In this document: piece by piece, positions 14,023 to 24,953 of the stretch
Numbering within the stretch: position 1 is the stretch's first letter
How the letters are laid out: each line of letters opens with the position of its first letter
NCBI GenBank assembly: GCA_964016885.1
Contig: OZ024744.1
Span: 62,682,001 to 62,746,000, forward strand
Origin: Eledone cirrhosa
Taxonomy: Eukaryota
Reading direction: 5' to 3'
DNA length: 64,000 nt
Notes under the pieces: model-generated
Database searches by the model: none
The model's input: the letters and a program-made list of their open reading frames with translations, nothing else
Told to the model about the DNA's origin: nothing
Position numbers and translations under genes: made by a program

Positions 14023-14584
14023 CGCACACACACTCACATATATGCATACACTTATGCACATATACCCACATAGACATACACACACACATAGATATGAGCA
14101 GCTTGTGGTGGCTATGACCTGTGTAGTCATAGACCATGACGACCCACCAAACATATGGTATCATGTGATGATGTAAAATGTTGTTGTTGGTGGTGGTGGT
14201 GGTATTGGTGATGTATATATGTAGAATAGAGGGAGGGGAGTTCTTGAAATATGTCATTACACAAAACCAACAAAATCTAGGTTAGTCCACCATATCATAT
14301 AGAACACTCCCTCACAACCAGTATCAACCCAGCCTACACCATAACAAAAGAAAGAAAGGAATCAGATTATATGTTATTGAAAAAAAACTCACACAAAACC
14401 TATATAGTGGTTTGAATGTTATAATGTGTAGTTGTGTTGATTCGGTTGTTGTGTACGTACAGTTGTGTTGCTCAGTAACGTGATCACTGTTGCATGGAGT
14501 GTGGCTGAAGGTTAATGGCCTGTACATATGTGACCAGAGATTGTGGGTGTACAAGTAAGTAACAGTGCTCATTTATCATGAAGG

Positions 14585-14918
14585 AGCAGAATTGGTAGAG
14601 GGTCGGACACCATGCTTTGATGCGTAGAGTTACGGCCCTTGCCATTCTGAGTTCAAATCCCGCCGAGGTTAACTTTGCCTTTCATCCTTACGGGGGTCGA
14701 TAAAATAAAGTACCAGTCACGCACTGGAGTCGATTTAATCGACTTTCCCCTCCTCCAAAATTGCTGGCCTTGTGCCTATATAAGAAACCATTATCATGAT
14801 GATGATGTGATGATTCCTTGGGTGAGTGATTTACCCTGGCCACATAGGTAATGAAACATTTAAACCTCAATAACACAAAGCTGTTCTGTTAAATATAACT
14901 TTTGTTGAAGTTATAACT

Positions 14919-14954
<36 letters not shown>

Positions 14955-15120
14955 TTTCTACTTTTGGCACAAGACTAGCAACTATCTTAGTGCATTACTG
15001 GTACTTTATTTTATCGACCCCATAATGATGAAAGGCTAAGTTAACCTCGGTTGAATTTGAACTCAGTCCGTTGCTCTACGATGCAAAGCATGGCGTCTGA
15101 CCTCTACCGGTACTGCCAAA
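14585..15120. mobile_element. Two SINE family 1 copies (14585-14795 +, 14950-15120 -)
   Basis: A/B box head and conserved body; the + copy is the longer variant with GTCGATTTAATCGACTTTCCCC. Confidence 0.85.
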
Positions 15121-15251
15121 TTATTGTGTAGAGATACACGAAGAACAATTAACCACAGTTGAATTGTGTGATGTTATGTATCAGGTATGATGTATATACT
15201 TGCAAAGGTATTATTAAGAATGTATTTAGCAAACTTCTGTTGTTGGCACAA

Positions 15252-15292
<41 letters not shown>

Positions 15293-15439
15293 AATATTGT
15301 AGTGTGATGGTAGGAGAGAGAGAGAGGGACTGTGATACATAGCAAAAGTGTAGTATGGTGGTTGGAGAGAGAGAGAGGTAGATAGCAATAGTGTAGTGAT
15401 GGTAGGAGAGTGAGAAAGAGTGAAAGATAGCTAGAGAGA

Positions 15440-16290
15440 GAGAGAGGGGAGGAGAGAGGGTCCGATAGTCTGATGCAGGTGAAAAAGCCGAAAATTGTAA
15501 AGTGGAGTGTCGGGCGTAGCAGAAAGGTCAGGAGATGGGAGACGGGTTGCCCAGTCGGGTGTCCTGGAGGTACTCAACAGATCTGTCTGCCTAATGACTG
15601 TTTGACCAATATAGATGACTTCACATAGTGTGGAGGTGTGGGGTGTGCGGACGATGAGGTTGATGACGGTGGAGGGTAGAAGTGAGGAGGCGATGAATTG
15701 GTGAATGGAGGAAACTTGTTGCTGGTATTCAAGGGCAGGGTTGGGGGTTAGGGCCCCTGTTTTGTAGAGGTCAGTGAACCACATACCCACAGCGCTACCC
15801 TTGCCTGCCAGTTTGATAACAATGTCATCAAGGATTCGGAGGGAGCAGAGAGCGGTGAGTTCTGCCTGAGAAATGTTCGTCCCCCAGGGCAGACATAGAC
15901 GAATGTATCCAGGGGTGTTCTGCCGGAATTGGTGGTAGGAGAAGAGCGTGTTGTTGCTGGGGTGGGAATATGATTAGTGGGATTAGCCATGAGGGTGGGA
16001 GGAGGGAATTAAGTGTATAATGTTTGGTGGGGGTGAGGAAAATGATAATAAAAAAAAAGGGTTTGAAAAGCGCATCTGGTATATATATAAAAGATTTTTG
16101 TAACATGTACAAACATTGATGTTTAGCAAAGCTCATTTTCTCCATGCTGAATTACCAAAACATTTGTTATTAGGTTAAATTGTTTTTTCTTGTTAAAACT
16201 CCTGCTTGCTCATTCTCGACCATAATGACTTCTACAGGACTGAAGATGTTTCATTTGTATGACATCATCATGAATTATGGTGTGCTGGTG
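15440..16290 (-). mobile_element. Decayed PLE fragment
   Basis: NLI..CEVIYIGQTVIRQTD (GIY-YIG-like) in ORF 15431-15790; decayed relative of the 24485 hammerhead at ~16228-16275. Confidence 0.55.
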
Positions 16291-16321
16291 ACACAAGAGG
16301 TTTGCAGTTCACCCTATATAG

Positions 16322-16565
16322 TTGTAGTGACCTACATTCCGAGGGCTCATGGATACATTCTCCGTGCGTTGTTTGGCTCAGTTCAGCCAATCGCCGCCAG
16401 TGTAGGAGAATGTGTCTCGACTTCCGCCCAGAGGGAAAAATTCCCGCGGCGATTCATAAATCTCTCTCTTGCCGCTTTGGACTCTGAAAGATCAACACAC
16501 AATAATGTAACGGTGAGACTTTCACTTTGGCCTGTCGGCCGCTTTTGGCCTGGCACAATGCCACA
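16322..16565 (+). repeat. Dispersed repeat (second copy 21569-21843), possibly LTR-like
   Basis: The first ~150 bp (TGTAG.GACCTACATT.CGAGGGCTCATGGATACATTCTCCG...) are shared; no TSD seen. Confidence 0.55.
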
Positions 16566-16767
16566 TTCTCTTCTTAACACTTAACAATGTTTGTTCTTTA
16601 CTTTGAAATGTCAACAAAACTTAACTCTTTGTAAATAAAACATGTAAATAAAACATGTAAAAATGTTAACGAAGACTTTACGACTAATTCCACAAACATT
16701 CACTAATCTCACGTTTAACAAAACCACACCTTTCCTGTTACAACAAATACACATCATTATTATTATT

Positions 16768-17345
16768 GGCAGTATCGGTAGAGGGTTGGACGCCATGCTT
16801 TCTAGCATAGTTACGTCCCTTTACAGTCTGAGTTCAAATCCCGCCGAGGTTAACTTTGCCTTTCATCCTTACGGGGTCGATAAAATAAAGTACCAGTAAT
16901 GTACCGGGTTATTGCTGGCCTTGTGCCTAAAGTAGAAACAATTATTTTAAGGGCGGTGGATTGGCAGTATCAGTAGAGGGTCGGACGCCATGCTTTGCAG
17001 CATAGAGTTACGGTCCTTTATGGTCTGAGTTCAAATCCCGCCGAGGTTAACTTTGCCTTTCATCCTTACTGGGTCGATAAAATAAAGTAGCAGTAATGTA
17101 CCGGGTTATTGCTGGCCTTGTGCCTAAAGTAGAAACAATTATTTTAAGGGCGGTGGATTGGCAGTATCGGTAGAGGGTCGGACGCCATGCTTTGCAGCAT
17201 AGAGTTACGGTCCTTTATGGTCTGAGTTCAAATCCCGCCGAGGTTAACTTTGTCTTTCATCCTTACGGGGTCGATGAAATAAAGTACCAGTCATGCACTG
17301 AGATAATTGCTGGCCTTGTGCCAACAGTAGAAACAATTATAATTA
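16768..17345 (+). mobile_element. Three head-to-tail SINE family 1 copies
   Basis: A box TGGCAGTATCGG, B box GAGTTCAAATCC; ~198-bp period. Confidence 0.9.
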
Positions 17346-17839
17346 TTCGTGTTGATATATCTATTATTAATATTCTGCTAAATAGTGGTCGTGTTGGTGA
17401 CACAAAAAAGCACCCAGTCCACCCTGTAATGTGGTCATGTTGGTGACACAAGATTAAAAAAGCATCCAGCCCAAAGTAGCCCAACTGTCAAACCAACATA
17501 ATATTTCTCAGAACAAACTTGACTTTGCTCAGACCCAAATACATGACTCGGACTGACTCACTCTTACTAGTAAAGAATAGAATAATTATAAATGGTTTTT
17601 AATCCACTATTCTTCAAAGAAATATAACTTTCTTTCAGCTTTTAAATGATATGAGAAAAGGATTAACTCTAATGAGGTCAAACTGAAAAAAAAATAGCCT
17701 GATAAAGAGCGATAATGTTTAATTTAGGATGGTTGTGTATAGCTTTGATCTTATGCTACTAAGTGAGTCAAATTGCTATGATGTATATACTGTGTATTTA
17801 TTTGTATGTATGTATGCAATGATTTGTGTATTTTAACAC

Positions 17840-18680
17840 TTTAACATTCACATTACTATTATATACTATTATATTTTCATGGTAAAGGCTTTACCTCACA
17901 TAACATTCACATTACTCTATATATACTATTATATTTTCATGATAAAGGCTTTACCTCACATAACATTCACATTTCTATATATATACTATTGTATTTTCAT
18001 GGTAAAGGCTTTACCTCCCATAACATTCACATTACTATATATATACTACTATATTTTCATGGTAAAGGCTTTACCTCACATAACATTCACATTACTCTAT
18101 ATATACTATTATATTTTCATGATAAAGGCTTTACCTCACATAACATTCACATTTCTATATATATACTATTGTATTTTCATGGTAAAGGCTTTACCTCCCA
18201 TAACATTCACATTACTATATATATACTACTATATTTTCATGGTAAAGGCTTTACCTCACATAACATTCACATTACTCTATATATACTATTATATTTTCAT
18301 GATAAAGGCTTTACCTCACATAACATTCACATTTCTATATATATACTATTGTATTTTCATGGTAAAGGCTTTACCTCCCATAACATTCACATTACTATAT
18401 ATATATACTACTATATTTTCATGGTAAAGGCTTTACCTCACATAACATTCACATTACTCTATATATACTATTATATTTTCATGATAAAGGCTTTACCTCA
18501 CATAACATTCACATTTCTATATATATACTATTGTATTTTCATGGTAAAGGCTTTACCTCCCATAACATTCACATTACTATATATATACTACTATATTTTC
18601 ATGGTAAAGGCTTTACCTCACATAACATTCACATTACTATATATATACTATTATATTTTCATGGTAAACACTTTATCTCA
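17840..18680 (+). repeat. 60-bp minisatellite, about 14 units, with 180-bp higher-order period
   Basis: Unit ATGGTAAAGGCTTTACCTCACATAACATTCACATTACTCTATATATACTATTATATTTTC; variants ordered (A,B,C)x4. Confidence 0.95.
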
Positions 18681-19397
18681 CATAATTATCTCACATAATA
18701 TCGAATCTATGAGATTTTGAAAGTATTTATTTTGAGAACAATACCTCAACATCAGTTTGAGCAACCAGTTACAGCCAGTTTCAACAGAAAGAGGTAAAGA
18801 ATTCTGGCCGGTTTTGGCACTAAAGGGTTAAATGCTTATCTATGTGTATGTGTTTCTGTGCAGGACCTATCTGAGTACATCATGAGGATTGCCTCCAGTG
18901 CTCTCTTTTAACAGAGAAGGGCGAGCAGTTTTCTCATGTCTGGTGGTTATGGCAAAAGAGGTTGTGTAGTGGACATGGCTGAAAAGACTGAAGACAGACA
19001 CATACCTCTTCGGTCAGCTCTCACTAACTTTTTTAGTTTCACCTGGAAAGGTAAGTGAGGGTGGAAAGTAAGGGGCTTCCACTGCAGAAAATTTGTATAC
19101 TATGTATACTTCTGACCCATTTTATCATAATTTTAATATAAGCCCTCACCTTCATGTTTTAACTTATCTTTGTAATGTCTCCTTCATTTGATGCACTTGT
19201 GACAAATAATTGTTTCTACTTTTGGCACAAGCCCATCAATTACCCCAATACATTACTGGTACTATATTTTATCGACCCCGTAAGGATGAAAGGCAATGCT
19301 AACCTCGGCAGGATTTGAACTCAGAACGTAAAGGGCCGCAACTCTATGCGGCAAAAGATCATTATTATTATGAAAAAACTCACATTGTATGATCTTG
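18415..19397. repeat. Right arm of the inverted duplication (partner 1899-2882)
   Basis: Reverse complement of 1899-2882. Confidence 0.9.
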
Positions 19398-19419
19398 TGT
19401 TGTCGTTAATGTTTTCTTT

Positions 19420-19645
19420 AGGTTCTGTGTTCAAATCCCACAGAGATTAGCTTTGCCTTTCATCCTTACAGGGTCGATAAAATAAAGCACCAGAAATGCA
19501 CTGGTGTCCATTTAATCGACTTTCCCCTCCTCTAAAATTGCTGGCCTTGTGCCTATAGTAGAAATCATCATTTGACAGTATCAGTAGAGGGTCGGACGCC
19601 ATGCTTTCCAGCATAGTTACATCCCTCTATGGTCTGAGTTCAAAT
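19420..19645 (+). mobile_element. SINE family 1 copies (partial)
   Basis: Match to the SINE body and head. Confidence 0.8.
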
Positions 19646-20550
19646 ACTTAAGAAAAAGGGCCAACAAACTATGGCTCATAGGTTTATTTCCTTCATCATA
19701 TAGACATAGACTTCATAAAATATGTGACGGTGCATGCAAAAATTCCTTGTTTTTCTTAATATTCTTTGGTTAGCAAAATCTTTGTGTTATTTCCACTGTT
19801 CTAATTATTTCATGTGTTATTCTATATTAAATTTCTGAGTCTGCTGTGGCTCACTAAAAGAAATATTTTTATTAACACAACTGAATGATGTTATGGTATT
19901 AAGAAACATTTGCTCTTTGGGTTGTTTTTAATCTCATTGGTGAAGAACATTTTTTTTGTGTTCCACACTAAACAGTTACAATGAAAAGCATTTAAGTTAT
20001 TTTCAAAATAAGATGTTTTTTTATAATATATATAGCCTTGTATAATCATGGCCTGCAATATATAAAACCACTTCAAGTCTAGTTCAGCTTCAAAACATGT
20101 TGCCGACTATTTCAGTTCTGTATGAGCAAGACATGGTCACCTGACCTGGCATTGCTCACAGCAGGACAAGCTAGTGTGGACAAGCTAGCGTGGAAAAATG
20201 GACATTAAACGGTGCTGATGGTGATGTTCTAAAAGAAAACATCGTTAAACTCATATCTCAGTTATACTTACAGACATTGTTGCATTTCTTAGACTACAGA
20301 TAGTTTTTTCCTTGAGACCTCTAGAGTCATTGGTCCCTGGATTGCCCTTTTCTTCTACCAAATCAGGATGAGGTCATCTCGGCTGAGGAAGGAGCCTCTT
20401 GGAGTTCTGATGTAGCAGATATCACTGGTAATGCTTTGGCCATCTTGTCCATGAAAACACAGCTGAGATATACTGACCAACCAATGGTGTAGAATTTGCT
20501 CCTCCTCTATTTCTCACCTCCTTTTTTTCTTTCTATTTCTTTTCGTCATT

Positions 20551-20732
20551 TGGCAGTATCGGTACAGTGTCAGACGCCATGCTTTGCAGAACAGAGTTAC
20601 GTCCCTTTACGTTCTGAATTCAAATCACGCTGAGGTTGACTTTGCCTTTCATCCTTACAGGGTCAATAAAATAAAGTACCAGTAATGCACTGGGATAATT
20701 GCTGGCCTTGTGCCAAAATTAGAAACAATTAT
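20551..20732 (+). mobile_element. SINE family 1
   Basis: Near full-length consensus match. Confidence 0.85.
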
Positions 20733-21247
20733 TTTATGTGTACATTCTCGTATGGATATCGATTCTACAATTTCGAAAATATCTGATACATTAAAAAACA
20801 GTATTTGCTATCACAATAATTTGATATATGTTATGTTAATATTGTCTTCATCTTCCCCTTCTATTTCTTCATACAAAGATGTTTACCAAGCTCCTTGTTA
20901 TAGGAAATTGGATATATTAAGCAGGATGTGCATGTTTGTTTAGAAACCTGAAAAAGAAAAGTTTTGAAAGGAGAGCAAAAATATATTGACAGAGACAGTT
21001 GAAGATGGTGGGGAGAAACGGTGACAGGTTGTCACTAACAACAGAATATGGCACTTATTCTGGTTTAAGGAACAGTATGGGTTTCAAAAAAAAACAAAAC
21101 TCTCTTACATTTTTGTTATAGCATTTTTTTCTTAAACCTTTTGTTACTGTATTTCTAATTAAATACACTGAAAATAATCAAGAGCTTGGAGGGATTCAGC
21201 AATGTGACTAACTTTTTCAATATCAAGATGGTGTTGGGAACATAACT

Positions 21248-21396
21248 CAGACCTGCCAACCTTTAAAATCCCAAACGAGGAGTACCATGAAAAAAGGGCC
21301 CTAAAACGGGAAGAAATTAAGCAAAATGGGGAGATTTTACCCACCCCAAAGTGGGTGGGAGATCTCCCCGTCGGACAAGGAGAGTTGACATGTCTG
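21248..21396. mobile_element. MITE with CAGACCTGCCAAC TIRs (hAT-like)
   Basis: TIRs CAGACCTGCCAAC / GTTGACATGTCTG; a longer sister copy lies at 47561-47755. Confidence 0.75.
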
Positions 21397-21944
21397 CAAA
21401 ATAAGATGGCGTTGGGAATATAACTTAACAACTATTCTTACACAAAATTAGACGGTTTTTAGATAAATATAAACTCTTTAAAACATGTGGTTTAGTATCA
21501 GAGGACTAAGGGTGGTTTGTTGTCTAAAAAGTTAAACTTTGACCCTATTACGATTTCATCAATTGGTTTGTAGCGACCTACATTACGAGGGCTCATGGAT
21601 ACATTCTCCGAACGTTGTTTGGCTCAGTTCAGCCAATCGCTACCAGCGTAGGGAGATGTATCTCAACTTCCGCCCAGAGGGAAAAATCCTGCTTCTTTTT
21701 CGATAAACTTTCTCTCTTACAACTCGACATCGTGAAGGTAAACATCTTTTGATTCCGTTCCTCAAATATTCCAAAATGTAGCTACCGGACTTATCGCGGC
21801 CTTGGCTTCTTACTTCAGCCATCTGACCGCGTCTAAATTTACAGCATCTTAATTTGTCTATTTATTTCTTATGGTATGCCAGCTAAACCTTTGTAATCGG
21901 TTTGTAAATAAATTATATATTAAAAACATTATAAGTCGTATACG

Positions 21945-22097
21945 TGGTTGGTGTTAGGAAGGGCATCCAGCCATAGAAAACCCGCCAGACAGTCCTATGC
22001 GAGCAAGGCAACCACTCTTGCCTCAAGTGGGAAAACTCCCGTCCAAACCCATGCAAGCGTGGAAGATGGACGTTAAACGATGATGATGATGATGATG
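21945..22097 (+). mobile_element. RTE 3' UTR short insertion
   Basis: Matches 9680-9840; (GAT)n tail. Confidence 0.85.
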
Positions 22098-23138
22098 CTA
22101 TTTTCCACGACATTGCTTTTAATATCTTCAATGGTGACTTATGTGATACAATACACTAATACATACATTCTCAACACACATAATATGTATCATCTATTAA
22201 CTTATCCTTTAACTATATTCTAAATCGGTGACCCCACTGCGGGAACGAAAAGTTCCCCTAAAAAAAAAAAGTGGTATTTTTAAAAAAGAGAACATGCAAG
22301 CTTTCTTGTATTGCATTGTATCAACACCATGTAAAAACTTTCTTGTTGATAACAGCACAACACATGGTTTAACTTCAAGCTGTATTTAAAAAATTATAGC
22401 ACGAAAAAATTTTTCTTTCAATATGGTTACCATCAACATCAACAAGATCAGCAGCAGCAGCAGCACATGGGTTAACCACTATCCATAAACAGGGAACAAC
22501 GATGTGACAACTTTATAGTCTTACCGACGCAACCTACACACCTCATATTGTTTACTTCTATGCTTCACCTATTCTATCGTCTCTGTCATATTATAACCGC
22601 TACAACTTCTCACTGTCTGCAACAACGGTGACTCGAGAATTAAAACAACAGCCTTCTCACTACAAACGATGATCCGAGTTAAAACAAAAACAGCCTTTTC
22701 GCTACAACGTTGACTCGAGAATTAAAAGATCTTTCTCACATCATAATGGTGAATTCGATGCTTGCAAATCTTCACCGCTTCACCGCTTCACAGAACTTCA
22801 CGATTCATCAATGTTTCTAACGTCCAACATGATTCGAACTCACAGCCTTCTCATCGCACTATGGCATCAGACGTAATGTGCATATTATTGGTGACTCCAG
22901 GATGGGTACAAATCTCTCTTCAACACTCGACTTCGATTCTACTGAAGATTTACTGTGACTTCGCATCGATAGCAACAACAATAACAACTCTATTAGCTTC
23001 CCAGTAAGAACTATAACATTCTTATCCCAAAGAAATTTCAAAGAGAAGAGAAATTGAACTTTTTGTTAAAAAAACAATTATTTCTTCATTTTTACAGGCA
23101 TTGTTTGAACATTTATTTCTTTTAAACTGGTTTGATTA

Positions 23139-23572
23139 ATAATTGTTTCTACTTTTGGCACAAGACCAGCCAAATTACCCAGTACATTACTGGTACTTTA
23201 TTTTATCGACCCCATAAGGATGAAAGGCAAAGTTAATCTCGGCGGGATTTGAACTCAGACCGTAAAGGGCCGTAACTCTATGCCACCAATCTACCGATAC
23301 TGCCAATCCACCGTCCTAATGGTTTGATTAATAATAACACTTCAACCTATATTTGATCTTTATTTTGCTGAGTATACTTATTCAACATTATTAGCAGCAT
23401 CGGTAGAGCATCAGACACCATGTTTTACAGCATAGAGTTATGGCCCTTTACGTTCTGAGTTCAAATCCCGTAGAGGTTAACTTTGCCTTTCATCCTTGTG
23501 GGGTCGATAAAATAAAGTACCAGTAATGCACTGAGACAATTGCTGGCCTTGTACCAAAAGTAGAAGCAATTA
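23139..23572. mobile_element. Two SINE family 1 copies (23139-23318 -, 23392-23572 +)
   Basis: Consensus match. Confidence 0.85.
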
Positions 23573-23774
23573 CTACCTTTGAATGGTTTGAAAAATAATA
23601 GTTTATTTTTATGACTGAATGACGCATTATTAAAAATATCTTTTGGAGATGTATTTTAAAATTTATATTTGAACTGCAAATCTGCTCTTATTAACTGTAT
23701 AAACTTTTTTAATGCTTATGATATATGTTTATTTACTGATTATGATATATGTCTTGCGCTATATTTAACCTTTC

Positions 23775-24101
23775 TATAGAAGCGTGTTTCTCTATAGTAG
23801 CATTTTTCTTTTTTAATGCTTATGATCGTTTCATCCTAGCACAAGGCCGGAATCATCGGAGTATGTAATAAAGGTTGAAACACAAATATAATATCAGAAG
23901 TTTGTCATAAGAACATTAGGAGGATACATAATATGGGAAGTAAGCACAAATATCAATATTTATATAAGAAAAGATAGCAAAGGTAGAAGAAGTAAGTATA
24001 TAAAGAATAGGAGCATATAAATGCAATAAAATAAAATTAGGAGCAGCTAAAAGCATTTAAAAAAACCCAAAACATGCTACTATAGAGAAATATGCTTCTA
24101 T
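23775..24101. mobile_element. PLE-derived element with inverted ends and a decayed hammerhead (23817-23863 -)
   Basis: TAGAAGC..TTTCTCTATAGTAGCAT is inverted at 24074-24100. Minus strand reads UACU-CCGAUGA-stem-GAAA-CGAUCA-UA-AGCA. Confidence 0.55.
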
Positions 24102-24370
24102 CATCATTTCATCATCATTTCATTTTACGTCCACTTTTCCCTGCTTGCAAGGGTGGGACGGGAACTGATTCTGACTTGATTTCTACAGCTGGATGCCCTT
24201 CCTAACACAACCTCATTTACAGTGAATGCTGGGTGTTTTTTTTTCCGTGGCGCCTACACGTCCACTTTACAGTGTGGGCTGGGTGCTTTTTTGCCGTGGC
24301 ACCTCCACGACCACTTTGCAGTGGAATGATAGGGACCCCAGTCCTATTATCTCATTTCTACAGCTGAGTA
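24101..24370 (-). mobile_element. SINE family 2 body and tail
   Basis: Shares its body with 11548-11680 and its tail with the RTE UTR 10040-10302. Confidence 0.75.
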
Positions 24371-24461
24371 TATACTTCATAAATAACAATCAAAGAGTGT
24401 AAGAATGTTTAAAACATTTAAACACTCTTACACTCTTTGATTGTTATTTATGAAGTATATA
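24369..24461. repeat. ~93-bp hairpin
   Basis: 45-bp arms with one mismatch and a 3-nt loop, in a TA context. Confidence 0.9.
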
Positions 24462-24484
24462 TATAGAGAGAGTGAGAGAGAAAT

Positions 24485-24535
24485 GGCTTCTACAGGACTA
24501 GAACTGTTTCATTCGGGAGAAATCATCAGGAAGCC
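24485..24535 (-). ncRNA. Type I hammerhead ribozyme motif
   Basis: GGCUUC-CUGAUGA-U-UUC-UCCC-GAA-U-GAAA-CAG-UUCUAGUC-CUG-UA-GAAGCC: 6-bp stem I, 4-bp stem III, GUA cleavage triplet. Confidence 0.75.
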
Positions 24536-24953
24536 GACTGTCAATGTAATATGGTGGTATTTATACATTTTCTGGTGGTAGGAGAAAATGGTCAGGTATC
24601 TACAATCACACATACAACCCCCTCCGCAACACACACTCGTGTGTGTATATATATATATATATATACACACAGTTCTAGAGTAAACCAAAAAAGAGAGAGA
24701 TGGAGATAGGAGAGGAGAAGAGAGATTGGTGAAGTTGTTAGAAGCCAAAAACGTAAAGGCATGTGCTCGATGTGCAATATGCAGTGGAAGGCAGCTAGAG
24801 GGCTGGGTTCATGCAGAGATTAGGTGCACAGAGCTGGAAATATTCATTAGTTAAACAAAACAAGACCACAAAATTCACAAGTAAGACGTTATTTAAAGAG
24901 TGTCAACATAGTTGCAGTTTAATGTAAGGAATAATAATAATAATAATAATAAT

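Noticed and set aside
16950-17045. tRNA gene
   Set aside because: The A/B boxes belong to SINE heads; no complete cloverleaf could be drawn.
17879-18720. 182-aa and 243-aa repetitive ORFs
   Set aside because: By-products of a 60-bp (in-frame) minisatellite; no other coding evidence.
20250-20960. Possible host exons on the minus strand (acceptor near 20948, donor near 20268)
   Set aside because: Frames are short or stopped and show no recognisable protein; RNA-seq would be needed.
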